Program-made: the position numbers and the translations under genes | In this document: positions 47,563 to 59,667 of the stretch, in pieces | Layout of the letters: each line of letters opens with the position of its first letter | How positions within the stretch are numbered: position 1 is the first letter of the stretch | Origin: Mayamaea pseudoterrestris | Taxonomy: Eukaryota | DNA length: 64,000 nucleotides | NCBI GenBank assembly: GCA_027923505.1 | Contig: BROI01000024.1 | Location: 62,001 to 126,000, forward strand | Reading direction: 5' to 3' | The notes under the pieces: model-generated | What the model was told of the DNA's origin: nothing | What the model saw: only the letters and a program-made list of their open reading frames with translations | Databases searched by the model: none

Positions 47563-49167
47563 ATGAGCATCGTTCGGCTTGTTTCGCTCGTCAGCCTTTT
47601 GGCACTGCTTGGATGCATTGGGTCCTTCTGCGAATACAACGCGACGACCAGTCGAGGATTGTTTTCGCTCGACGCTGCTGTGTCAAATCGACTGCGCAAG
47701 CAAACAAAGCCGTCATGGGCAGAACCAACGGAAGAATTTGGCAGCAGCAGCAGCACCAACACCAGCAGCAGCAGGTATATAAGTCCACTGGAAGAATTTG
47801 ACATTGACAATATTACAGCATCGTTGCCGGCACCTCTGTCCGTCATTGAGCAGTACAAGGCATGGCACAGTCAGGAGGCACTAGAGCGAGACCCACACAA
47901 TCGAACCTTCATGGTTGCCTATTACCAGGCTCCTCTTTCCGTGGGAAACTATCTGCACTACTTTACCTCGGCCTTTTACTGGGGCATTCTGACCAATCGT
48001 ACCATTTTATGGAAGTACATGGACAAACAAACATGTCTCAAAATGTATCACGACTTTGACGAGCCTTTCCATAAGAAACGCTGCTTGGTGGCGGGCGCGA
48101 CGCAAGCTGACAGCGACAATATTTTGACACGGGCACCATGGATTGCTAGTTACGATGAATGGAAGGACAAACTAAATTTGCCCATGACCCATCACATGGA
48201 TCGCATGCACACGCAATGGTTCAGAGGAAGCAAACGAATAGATGGTCGAAAAACTCTACTGGTAAGTGACCTCATGGTGCACGTACGTTTGATGCATTGC
48301 CAGATGCTGACCAACCACTTTCACCCTCTCTAGAAAATAATATCGTCCGAGTTTGTCGATACCTATTATCAAAACAAGCTTGTTGTCGACATTCATCCGT
48401 GGGCGTTTCTCCGGATGGACTACCACTATTGGATGCCAGATCTTGTTGACCTGCAGCTAGAGACATCTTACGCGCGGGAGGCCGTTGCTAAACTTGGGGC
48501 GTGGGGTAGTGAGTTTTTGTTTGGTCTCTTGTGGCGATACTCGTTTGATTACGCCGCGCCAATACGCAACTCGGTTGAAAGGCATGCAGACTTCATCCAA
48601 GAAACACTAGACGACAGTACACTGACCTTTGCCATGCACTCGCGTCACATACATTCAAGCGATAAGGGTTGCAATACGACGCTGGAGCGAAACGCGGTCA
48701 AGGAAATACTGCAACAGCATAGCAAGAGTAACATGTCGGCAATAGCGATTGTACAAGGTCGCAAGCCTACTCCTTGTCAGATCACGCTACTCTCGGATCG
48801 AATTTGTACCATTGATCGTACAAAGGAATGGCTTGAGGGATTCTTGGGGTGCAAGGCGGTCACAGCGCAGCACGACGCGGTGGATGCCACATTTTCCGAG
48901 CATGGACCATTTAGCGGCGCCGGCTTTTTCAGGGACATGTTATTAGCAGGCCTCACGGCTCGAGATGGAATGATTGGATCTTTGGAGACTTCAGACGGTT
49001 TCCGCTGGCGGTCATCTTCAGAATTAATTGAAGAGTCGATTGCCTACTACCGAACTATGCGCTTTTTCAAAGCTGGCAACGATCCAACGGCTCTGCGCAC
49101 CATGTATTGGAGTACTATAGAGAGAGGTAACAGGATATTTGGTCGGGTTTCCGATACCGCAAGGTGA
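47563..49167 (+). CDS. Type II membrane glycosyltransferase, fucosyltransferase-like; 2 exons
   Basis: N-terminal anchor. GNYLHYFTSAFYWGILTNRT and AMHSRH..SD resemble alpha2/alpha6-fucosyltransferase motifs. Intron 48262-48333 is in frame. Confidence 0.6.
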
Positions 49168-49818
49168 TGCACGACGTGAGCTTTCTATGTAGGCAAGGGC
49201 CTGCTGACAACAGTTTTGCTGTTTCAGGACAAACTGTTTAGCGCTCTTCAATGCTGCGCATTGCTGTGCAGAAATCCAGGTTGTTCGGTCAACGCAGCCA
49301 TTGCCTTTGGTCTAACTAAATCAATACACTAGAGGGGAAATAGAATAAAATATATCGTATATCTCGCATACTTCTTTCTTGCCTCGAGGAAAGAGTAATT
49401 GTGAGACTAAGGTTTGACAACGGCAACGTGAAGCCGAAAAATAGGGCGAGAGCAATTTTGCGTACTGTACCGGTAACACGCAGAGAGCCGCGCCAACAAA
49501 GCCTCTTACCAGCTTGGCTTAGGAATGACAGAACTTCGTACTCTAGATGGGCTATCAAACTACCATACTGTTTCGATAAAACAGGCTGACCAAACGTGGA
49601 GTACGTAGAGAGCGGCACGCCAAATTCTTCGGACTGCCTAGTTGTGCCTTCTGTTCCGCAAACTAATTATGCCAGATCCAGTGCTTACTTCTGTAGAGAG
49701 AATAAAGATTTACATAACCGTTGTGCGTTCTATATGTGATAGTATCTGTACTTTAAGTGTAGCAAAATTGTTTGGAGGAGAAGTAGTCGATGAGCTGTAA
49801 TCGAACTGCTGCAAATGA

Positions 49819-52800
49819 TTAAAAGGATAGTAGACAACTCAGTAAAGGTGATGACGGGTCCGTTGAATCTCCGACAAGGTCCAGAGAGGCTGACATTTTG
49901 GTGATAGCTGAAGCTGGAGATGCGGGCGGCGTGGCGCTTCGCTCTACCGCACTGGAAAGGGTGGCATACGATTGAGCAAAAATCCAGCGAACGCTCGACC
50001 AGGCAAAGCATCTTTTCGCTACATTGCTGTTTTCGGCTCCTTCTAATGGATCATAGACAACAATTGGATCGACGGTCAACATTCCTGTGACCGGATCAAT
50101 CGTACCCGCCGAACGGCGTGTGATGTAGGGCGAAAAGTATGTGTACGGAGAAAGAGAATAATCGCGCTCATGCTTGCCGGATACATCGATTGCTGTTGTG
50201 TGTGCATCAAAATGTTGACCGTAGTAGAGCAAAAAATGCATAAGAAGCTTTCCAGCGGTTGTACGTCCGGAGCAGAGGACCTCAATAATGTCGTTATAGC
50301 CTTGAGGGTATATAAAAGGCGCAGCAAGCGGCTGTACCTCTGAAGAATCAGTTATATCATTCACTTCGTTTTCCGCTTTAATCAAAGGAGATGCATGAAA
50401 AACTGGACGACTCTTGTCAAAAACTTTCGTCGCTCCGGCAACAGTTGAAATGGAACCTGCTTTCGTTTTGGAAAATGACTGCGATGCGGTGGCTGTGTAG
50501 TTTGTAGCTTGTGCTTCGCTCTTCTTTCCAAGTTGTTTGTTTGGTACAATTTCCGTCGCATTTGGTTTCTTTGCAATTGATGCCCATGACGAAATTGAAG
50601 AGGTCGACGAACCTGTCTGACGATTGACTTGGTTATTTTTCAACTGTCCCTTGCCTTTCTTGCGGTCGGGGATAGGAGCGTATCTTGGCGACTTAGCCGG
50701 GCCGGCCTTTGGCGTTGCGTCTACATCCTTAACTGGAGCGAACGAATTTCTCACGTCGCTAGACATTGCCCGCCTCTGCCGCTCAGCACGATCAATTTCT
50801 TCTCTAATTACCGCTCGTTCTTGAAGCAGAGCAAGGACGAGGAGTAGAACTGCATAGCTGCTCAGTCCACCAGAATAAGGCTCGTTCAACTTCCGCTGCG
50901 CTAAGAGCTCTTTTATGACCATCATAGTTTGGACAATAACAGTCTCATCGGGGTGGGCTCCAATTTCTTGGCATGCGTCAGCGATAACTTGGGCAGAGAA
51001 TTGAGTCGAACCAATGCCACCGTGTCCGGCACCTTCAAAAGTGATATCGAGCGAAAGCAGGCCATTCATTATATCAGCACCTCGCCAAGGAGGATTAAAG
51101 TGATGCTTATGGGCCAGCTGAGTGCTTCCAGCCGACTGGTGAGATGTAACTGACCCAGAGTCAGAAATTGCAGGTGACGAATGGATTGCCCCTTCGCCCT
51201 TGTTAAACAATCCTCCCGCTAGTTTCGAAGGATCTGCAAGAATCTTTACGACAGGGACGGATGCTGTTGGGATCGCATTCACTTTCACTGCCCATGATTG
51301 CTTTTCAAGTTTGGCAGCAAGCCGACGAACTCTTTCCGCGTTCATCATCCTTTGCATCTGCAGCGGTGTAAACCCCGTTACAGGCATTTGATGAGGCAGA
51401 GGAGGGACCGCAATGTGTCGAGTGTCATCCTTTAACATCTCATCAGGTGAAGCAAATGCCGAAACTTCATTCCTAGAGACGGCATGAGGCAATTCCGGTG
51501 AAATTTTAATTCCTGCCATTGTCTCGGCAGTAAATTCAAGTCCAACGACGACGACATCAATATCCGATGAAGGGAGATCGGTCTGGGTGGCGCAGCTGCC
51601 GTACATCTGGGCGTGTCCCGTTCCTGGCCAGATGCTTGCAACAGTCTCTTGAAGAGCTGCTAAAACAGCACCTCGTTCTTGTCTTCGTACATTCAACGAC
51701 GATGCTCTCCTCGACATAAAAAGACTCATGTCACGACTCAGCTTGTCGCAAACATCAAGAAGATGGTACCCAACGTCGTTTACATCGGGAACGGCTGAGT
51801 GGTGATGATGACGCAATGCATGAGGGGCCTCAAGACTTGATGCAACCGACGAGTTAGCGCTGTTCGCGTTATCGTGGTTCAGTAACACCGGAAGGGGAGG
51901 AACATCTTCAGCCTTCTTGCCTGTTGATTTCGGTTTATCAACTGGTTTTTGGCAAAATGCAGCTTCTTCAGTGTTGCCAGAACTAATTTCGCTTTTCGAT
52001 CCACGCCCTTCGGTGCCTGTTGGACTACACTTCATCGCAGCATTCGCAAGGGACGATGCGGACAATGTTTCTTGATAAGTCGGAGCAGTATTTTGATCGG
52101 CGGAAGTTGTCTTCGTCGCATTCAAAAAATTCTTGTTCTGGATCTGAGGTCCTGGTTGAAGCTTTTCTGTCTTCCAAGCGATAGGGGGTTTCTGGCCTTC
52201 ATGACGCTGAGTCAGACTCGCGACGGCAGAGATCGGTTGCTTCGTTGGCACTTGCGCAATCGCTGCTTTAGCCCATGTCTTGCCTGGTGTTGCTAAAGTT
52301 TTGTGCCGGCCAAGCACGACATCTCGAAGCGACGTCGGTGGGGCATTTTTGGCCTCCTCGACTCTCGCCGCAACTCCTGGTGCACGAGTCGCAGAGCTGA
52401 CGCTAAGCTTGGATGGTAACGGTCCACATTTCCATGCGTTGACTCCAGGATTCGACGCAAACACTTTCCGCGAAGCTTGTTGGCTTGCCCTGCGGCGGAC
52501 CTCGTCATCGACACCGTCCAACAAAGAACCAAGAATATCTCGAACTGCTCGTCGGCCAGCTTTCGCCTTTTTCTGGGCTCCAGAACGATGAGGGGATTTC
52601 GGCGCCCACTGGTCACCACCCGAATAATGGTGCGCATTGCGATGCCCGTTGTAATTCGTGCTAGCAACGTGACCGAACGTGACTGGTTTCTTTTTGCTTG
52701 CCCGTGTCTTCGTCTCGACCGTTTCCCAAGTGACATCATCAACGTCGCCGTTGGGACCAGCATCAGCTGATTCACTTTTGACTGTTGCAGCTTCAGCGGA

Positions 52801-54736
52801 CGCGTTTACAAAAACCTTAACAGCCACATCTTTAATTGCAATAGATTCCTCAACAACTCTTGAAACACGACTGTTATCGTAGTCCTCACCTCCTTGCGAA
52901 AGACCAGCAGGATCCTTACTGACAGCTGACGTATTCGAACTTAACGACGGCGTGGAAACGATATCCTTTCGTATCGGCTCGGGAGCAGCTTCTCGTTTGT
53001 TGGAGCTTGACACCTGCTTTTGACGCGCTTGTTTGGGAGGAGTACGCGGCGCCGGTTCGTCGTCAAAGAGTGATTCGTCGAAGGCAGCTTGTAGATTCGA
53101 GCCACCACTTGGTGCGGCTACCTTGCTGCCAATAGAGTCGGCGTTGGATAGAGAACGATTCTATAGCAATGACAACAATGGTTGTAAGTTGTATATTCGC
53201 TCGATGTTTCACAGACCTTCAACAACGGTGTAAGACTCCACGTACCTTTTGTCGATTCTTCTTCTTCGTCTTTTTCTTCTTCTTAGCAGACGCTGACTGC
53301 GTACCGTTACTTAGCGACTGCGAGGCAAGCGATTGTCCTGCTGCTTTTGACGTATCACCTTTATTGGCAGCAACGGATTTCGTCAACAGCTTTTCGAGAC
53401 CCTTATTTAAAGCAGTAAAATCCGGTTTGCAAAAGTTGCTAGCATTGCTATTCGAGTACTGCACCAGCCACGAGAGAGGAGTGAACGCCAATGTCTTTAA
53501 CGGCATCTCCGCAAACGACTTCTCGGGACAAGGACCTAGAAAACAATCCTTCAGTTCCATCAAAGTCGGAGGAACCACGTTTGTTGACTGACAATAGTCA
53601 ACGAGACTCTTCATCCTTCGCACTCGTGCCGTCGGACTGTCGCCTATCGTATCATCCATTGCCGAGTCATGCGCCGCAGCAGCTGCCATGAACCTTGCCA
53701 GCATGACAGCAAACAGTGGCATTTGTTTTTCCTGGCTTGAACGCAACCACTCGAGCGAATCATTTGACAAAAACGGACATTGACATGCTCGATTCGACCA
53801 TTCATCCAGTGCATTCATTAACTCGTCGCCAGTATTGGATTCCAGTAATTTTGGGTGAAATGTGAGCAAAGGCACTGAATTCCTATCGCCAGCCCTATTC
53901 CTATCCACCATGTCGTTTGCTTTTTCCTCAGCTCTTTCAGTTGCGACCTCAAAAGCCGAGGGAAATACGATGCAAATGTGATCAAGAACAGCCTTCGCCT
54001 TTTCATTGTCTATATTTATCGCAGTAGCACTGTCAGAAACCAAGTCCGACGACTTGTTTCGTATTCTGTATGCATCCGAGTCGGCCGTCGGGGCAGCGTC
54101 GTTTGTTGATTCAATCAGTTCCAAGGAAGGTTCGCAGTCAATGCTCATGCTTCTCGTCGACGAAAAGACACCAAATTCCTCGCAATCCATCATGGCTTCC
54201 CAATCGATGACTCCTGTATATATACGATGGAATGAATAGTATCGTTAGAACAAACGCTCCTGTTAGAAAGATTCAAGCTTGCAGTTGCAGGAACATGCGC
54301 GCGTCGAAGCAAGGATGCTTGGTTCAACCCTTGCGCGCACACATCATCCTTCGTCTGCTTGCGTCATCCACGTGAAAAACGTACCGGACGTGTACGGGAC
54401 TGCCTCCGGGTTTGAAGGAACTTGCAGCTTGCACCACGAGGCGAGCTTGCCTATGGCCGTTAGAAAGGTAACATCTCGAATTCCAAGCGCAGCGAGACGC
54501 TCTTGGTTGGACAAGGATGTGAACCAGATGCGCAAGTCGTCTTGGTGTAACTCTTGCGCGTTCACATCGCCGTCAAACGTGTCCGTCGGCTCCGACGAGC
54601 TGCTGCTTTCCTCCACGGTTGAATTCTCCGTCGATTGCACTTGCAACTTTTCCATAGCGTCCTCCGTCATCATTTCAATCTCTTGCTTCTCTAGTAGAGT
54701 AGAAGGTTCACTTGTCAAGTCCTGCTCGACGCTCAT
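49819..54736 (-). CDS. Large TRF4/PAPD5-like non-canonical poly(A) polymerase (pol-beta nucleotidyltransferase); 3 exons
   Basis: YGSCATQTDLPSSDIDVVV, IPTASVPVVK, LDITF, LNEPYSGGLSSY and PAP-associated YDPLE...NVAK. Introns 54214-54384 and 53161-53245 join three ORFs in frame. Confidence 0.85.
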
Positions 54737-55424
54737 TGTTTCGGAAATGTGTTTTCTTGACCAATCACCACGCACTGCCTCGTCGGACCTTCAAATTCCG
54801 AGATATCAGTAATTGCTGTACGAACGAGGGATTCACTTTTCCTATAGCAGTCACTTCTGTACTCGTTACGACTATTTGCTCTTGTATGTCTTGTTGTAAG
54901 CGCTATTAACAATTTCTCGTCCGCTCGGTCCTACTACGTCGAGAGACGAAAAACGAAAAAAGTGTGTGAGCAACGAATGCGAGACAAAAACGAGCGGCCG
55001 ATAGGAGCTTTGAAAAGACATGAGGTCAGACCAAGAGCTTATGTCATTGAGTACCGGTTGCATAACAAATGATTTACTGTACAGCAGAGTGCACTTGCCA
55101 AGATTCCTCGTCATCGCGCGCGATTCTCCACGGTTTCACAGCATCCTCTTTTGAAACGGATCGACCATCATGATGACAGTTCGACTCGCTCGGTCGCATC
55201 TACGTACCGGTACTATGTACTAGCTGACTTGATATATGCGCTAGGTAATGCAAAGATCAAAGAAATAGAATCCGAGCCTGGCCTCGGAGCGCGCCAAGAG
55301 ATTTTTCAAACGAACGTTCCGTGTGACAAGTCTCGCTCCAAAACTGGAGCAACGGCTAAATGATCGTTTGCCGCTGCGGAGCTGCTCGTTCAACATGGCC
55401 GCTACAGTCGACTGAAATACAAAG

Positions 55425-56948
55425 ATGATTATGATGGATTTGATGGTATTCGGTCAAGCCAAGTTATTGGTGGAAACGATTGCCACTAGTGTCACGTCCT
55501 TGGAACGAGTCCACTTGCTCAAGTTTGCTTTGCCAATATTTCGGGACTTGGATGCAAGTTTGCGCAGCGATTTTTGCTTGGCCATTCCAGTCCTAGTGCA
55601 TTGTTTTCGACGTGCCGTCAAGCTGCAAGAGTGGATTGAAGTGGAAGGCTTGGCTAGTCTCTTGACATGCTTGCTTGGCGATGCGCCATCGACGGTGGAG
55701 GCCATTGTCAAGCATTATCATCATTTAGTGCTGCCGTCGCTTGCGGCCATGATGGAAGGACCAGAAAGTACAGCTACTGTGATTGGAATGCTTGTCGATC
55801 ACGTTGCTCGATTCAATGTCTCCATTCGGGGCATGGAACGTTTGAAGCAAGTCCTTTTGGTGATGCGAAACATTCTAGTCGACCACGAGAAGCAGCGGCC
55901 TCCGGTAGTCCTTGCTGTTCTGGTGCTCCTCGCTGGATTGGCGCAGCATGCAGACAACAAGGTGTATCTGATGAAATGTCCAGGACTCGTCAAGCTTATC
56001 GTGGAAGTTCATATTCCAGTAGTGAACGAACGAGTGGCATGCTTTTTAAAAGACTTGGCGTGGGAGACGCGTAACCGAGCTGCCATGATTGAAACAAAGG
56101 GCTTGCTACAATGTCTTGTCCAGCTGAGCAAGGACGATGACTTGGAGACTCGCCTTCATGTCATGAAAACTTTGCGACGCATTGCCTTGTCCGCCGGTAA
56201 CAAGGTCAAGCTTTTGGACGAGGATGGAATGCTTCATGCCGTTATACTTGCGACGCAGCATGATGAGTTGCAGATTGAGGCAGTTTCTATTCTCTTGTGT
56301 CTCTTTGGGCCCGACACGACGAAGCGCATGTTGTCGTCGGAACTCTTGGCGAGTCTGGTTGTGGTTGCATCGCAAGGTGCAGCTTGCCAAAAGGCTTCAA
56401 CTATTGCCGCACATTGTTTCAAGAAGCTGTCTGGCAATATTCACGTGAATGACCTTTTTTATCAAGAAGTACTGGACGGCGTCATGGCGATTTCGTGTTC
56501 CGAAATCTCCACAATTCGAAAATGGGCAGCACTCTCTTTCGTGGAAATGTCGCGCTCAGTTTGCACAAGCTTTGCCCTGGTCCGAAATGACACAACCATG
56601 GCGATGATCAATGCACTTGCAAATGACAACATAGTCTCGGTAAGGGCTCCTGCGATTGAAACACTGATGAATTTTCTTGCCAGCCCCGCCAATTTAAAAC
56701 GAATCATGCTGTACGACGACGTCATGAATACTATCAATGATAGCTCGAGGGATTGGTGTCAGTGCACTAGTCATCGTGCCGTTCAGGCGATACTTACCCT
56801 TGCTACTTACGCTCCAATCCGGCCACGGGTTGCAAAGCAGCTTGATTTGGTTGCTTGCTTGTCGCTGTTTGGGGTTTCTGACGATGCTGACAAGGAATTG
56901 AAGCAAGCTGCGTTACGGAGTGTGATAGTGCTAGCACCTTTGCTGTAG
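55425..56948 (+). CDS. Armadillo-repeat protein
   Basis: Helical repeats such as LAQHADNKVYLMKCPGLV, LAWETRNRAAMIETKGLL and IALSAGNKVKLLDEDGML. Confidence 0.75.
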   Translation: MIMMDLMVFGQAKLLVETIATSVTSLERVHLLKFALPIFRDLDASLRSDFCLAIPVLVHCFRRAVKLQEWIEVEGLASLLTCLLGDAPSTVEAIVKHYHHLVLPSLAAMMEGPESTATVIGMLVDHVARFNVSIRGMERLKQVLLVMRNILVDHEKQRPPVVLAVLVLLAGLAQHADNKVYLMKCPGLVKLIVEVHIPVVNERVACFLKDLAWETRNRAAMIETKGLLQCLVQLSKDDDLETRLHVMKTLRRIALSAGNKVKLLDEDGMLHAVILATQHDELQIEAVSILLCLFGPDTTKRMLSSELLASLVVVASQGAACQKASTIAAHCFKKLSGNIHVNDLFYQEVLDGVMAISCSEISTIRKWAALSFVEMSRSVCTSFALVRNDTTMAMINALANDNIVSVRAPAIETLMNFLASPANLKRIMLYDDVMNTINDSSRDWCQCTSHRAVQAILTLATYAPIRPRVAKQLDLVACLSLFGVSDDADKELKQAALRSVIVLAPLL

Positions 56949-56978
56949 TCGACATACGTAGACTAATGTACAGTTTGA

Positions 56979-59216
56979 CTAGGTAATCATGATATCTGGA
57001 AGGCCAAACTCTTCTATTTCTCCTTCATCCTCGCTGGAATCAGAATCGTTGCCACGGATAGCACTTCCATGTCGCAAAATTGGAGGCCCTGTCAATCCTT
57101 TTGCTCGCATACTCAACTCGTTAAAGTATAGGAGAGCACTGGAGACTGGAGACTCGTCATTGATGATACGTTTTGTCTCTCTGTACGCGGCCGGTGACTG
57201 TTCTGTCGCCCTTTCCAGCAACGCCGTGAGGTAATCATCAAAAATGGTATCTTCCTTAACAATCTCGTCGCCTATTGATGACGGATAGATAATTTGGCTG
57301 AGGTAGGTTCGTTCCTTACGATACTTTGCGTTCCACTCGGTGACAAAAACATCAAACACCTCCCTTGGTCCGTCGCGATGCTGAGACTTTAATGGCGCAT
57401 AACTTGGGTGTAACGACAGCTGCTCTTCAAGAATGCGCCACTTTGTTGCCGGCACAATCTTTCCTTTAACCGCCAAGTCAGTAAGTGCGCTGATAAAGGC
57501 TTCGCGTTGCTCCTTTTCCGCTCGTCGAGTGGCTTCACGGATCCTTCGCCGTTTGTCATCCTCTTGTCGTTGCAGTTCAAGGACAAAGTCGGCAAAGAAA
57601 AGCTGTCGATCCTGGTCACTAAACTCAGTAGACACCATAAAACGCTTATCTTGAAGTTCTGTTTCTTGCAAGGACGATAAAAACGATGTCCATGTAGTTG
57701 AATACTGGAGCATGTCGCTCTCAGCCTTTTCCGCCAGGAATGCAAGAAAATGTTCCTGCGCCAGCCGCTTTTTGTTGATTCGATGCCGTTCTTCGCGCTT
57801 TTGAAACTCTTCGCAAAAGTCGGCAAACAAATTCTCCCTAATTCTTTCTTCATCAACGGCGTGGAAACGCTCGTCCTTGATCAAGGCGTCACGAAAGTCG
57901 CCAAACCGCGACGAATGCGCCGAAAACGACGGCAGCGTTGGCACGACGCTCGTCAGTAGTTCCATAAAGACAGTCTTGGCTCGAGCGCGCTCCTTGCGCT
58001 CCATATCTCTCAGCTCATTAGCCCGCTTGGTCTGATACTCGGCTAGTGCTTGCTTGCACTCGCCCATGCTCAAGGCAGCCAAGCACGCCTCCCATCGACG
58101 GTCTGTCTGACAAAGCTTGGCAACTTCCTGCCACTTTAACGCCGGTCCAACATCCTTGACGAGCAAGAGACCCTTGAAAGTTGATATTGCTTCCTCCTTG
58201 CTGCCAAAATCAATGTCGGATGGCGTTGGCGACTGCTTCCGTGCTCGCTTCTTGGTGGATGATGCAGCATCGGGCTGCTGCACGTCCTTCTTATCAGAAC
58301 TGTCGCTTGTTGCAACACACTGCATCAATTCTTGAGGCTTCTCCCACGTTGTTATTGTTCCATTCGAGTAGTAAGTCTTGCCAGTCGTAACATCCTTGTA
58401 TTCCTTCCATGCAGTCGCAGAAGCAACGCTTGTCGCCGCTTGCTTCATTTGCTGCTGCTCGGAAAGGACAAGACACTCGGGTTTCTCGAATTGGCTCTTG
58501 CTAATGAGTGCATTCGTATAGTATGCTCGACCAGTCGTTTGATCCGTATATAATTTCCATGCTGCATCAATGTGAGCTTGTGTATATTGTGGTCGTGGGG
58601 GAACGTGGGTGGGCAGAGGGGGAACACTGGCAAGTAGCGGCGGCGGATGCACTGCATAATGGCCGTTGATAGGCGGCGGCACATGAGGAACAGTCGCTGC
58701 ATGTATTCCATTTGGGCGATGACCGTTATGCGCCGCAGCGAACTGAGGCTGATTGAATCTGCCTGGTGCAACGTTCATTGCTTGCCGAGATGGCCCCATT
58801 CTTGGATCGAATTGAGCAGGTGGATGCGGAGGAGGCGGCGGTCTGCCTTGATTATGCTGTTGCTGAAAGTGCAATGGTGGCCCAGGAGGCGGTCGAAAGG
58901 GTGGAGGAGGAATCGACGGCGGCCCGGCGCCAGCCATTTGTGGAGGCAAATGATGGAAGCTGTTCCGTCCTCGGCCCATTTGTTGCATAGGCGTCCGATG
59001 CATGTCGTGAGATCCTTGAAATCCCCCTCTTCGATCGCCTCGTCCCATGAATCGCGGAGGCGGTGGTGGTGGCGGAGCAGAACTGCTATTGAATGGCATG
59101 TTGAATGGTCGATGCTGCTGTTGTTGTTGGAGTGGCGGCCCTCGTCCTCCTCCACGATATTCAAACTGAAATCGACCTCGACCTCGATCACCCTGTCTTC
59201 CTGACCTATTGTTCAT
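56979..59216 (-). CDS. PRP40: Pre-mRNA processing factor PRP40 (2 WW + FF domains)
   Basis: Pro-rich N-terminus, WW domains (WKLYTDQTTGRAYY...FEKP; WKEYKDVTTGKTYY...WEKP) and FF repeats. First ATG at 59216. Confidence 0.9.
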   Translation of the reverse strand: MNNRSGRQGDRGRGRFQFEYRGGGRGPPLQQQQQHRPFNMPFNSSSAPPPPPPPRFMGRGDRRGGFQGSHDMHRTPMQQMGRGRNSFHHLPPQMAGAGPPSIPPPPFRPPPGPPLHFQQQHNQGRPPPPPHPPAQFDPRMGPSRQAMNVAPGRFNQPQFAAAHNGHRPNGIHAATVPHVPPPINGHYAVHPPPLLASVPPLPTHVPPRPQYTQAHIDAAWKLYTDQTTGRAYYTNALISKSQFEKPECLVLSEQQQMKQAATSVASATAWKEYKDVTTGKTYYSNGTITTWEKPQELMQCVATSDSSDKKDVQQPDAASSTKKRARKQSPTPSDIDFGSKEEAISTFKGLLLVKDVGPALKWQEVAKLCQTDRRWEACLAALSMGECKQALAEYQTKRANELRDMERKERARAKTVFMELLTSVVPTLPSFSAHSSRFGDFRDALIKDERFHAVDEERIRENLFADFCEEFQKREERHRINKKRLAQEHFLAFLAEKAESDMLQYSTTWTSFLSSLQETELQDKRFMVSTEFSDQDRQLFFADFVLELQRQEDDKRRRIREATRRAEKEQREAFISALTDLAVKGKIVPATKWRILEEQLSLHPSYAPLKSQHRDGPREVFDVFVTEWNAKYRKERTYLSQIIYPSSIGDEIVKEDTIFDDYLTALLERATEQSPAAYRETKRIINDESPVSSALLYFNELSMRAKGLTGPPILRHGSAIRGNDSDSSEDEGEIEEFGLPDIMIT

Positions 59217-59667
59217 TAGCCTGACACCTTTCTGCTGGAATATATTTAACAATACTTGGACGAGCGTGTGTGCAGCAACGGAAGTTGTTGTGGAAGTCGT
59301 TGCTGTGGTTTCGGTCGCGCACTCACCAGCGACCAGCAATACTGATGTCGCATCGGCTTAAACAAATAATGTCGCATCATGTGCGTCGCACATTTTTGTG
59401 TTCCGTTGGCGCGCCAGCCGCTCTGCGTGACAGAAATCCCAAGGCCGTAACATCCATGCGCGAGTGGCGAAGAACAAACACACGCAACCGGATTGCGAAA
59501 AAGGGTGACGACGAGAGCGGGCAAACGACTCTAACGAAACAGTTTATCAGCCTTTTTTAAACTTAGCTTCTGGCTTGTACTTTATTGCAATTCTCGGTCC
59601 GCTCGACTCTCACGGAAGAAACCAGAACCTTGTGTACATTGCGCATCGCAAGACAACAAGCACAATA

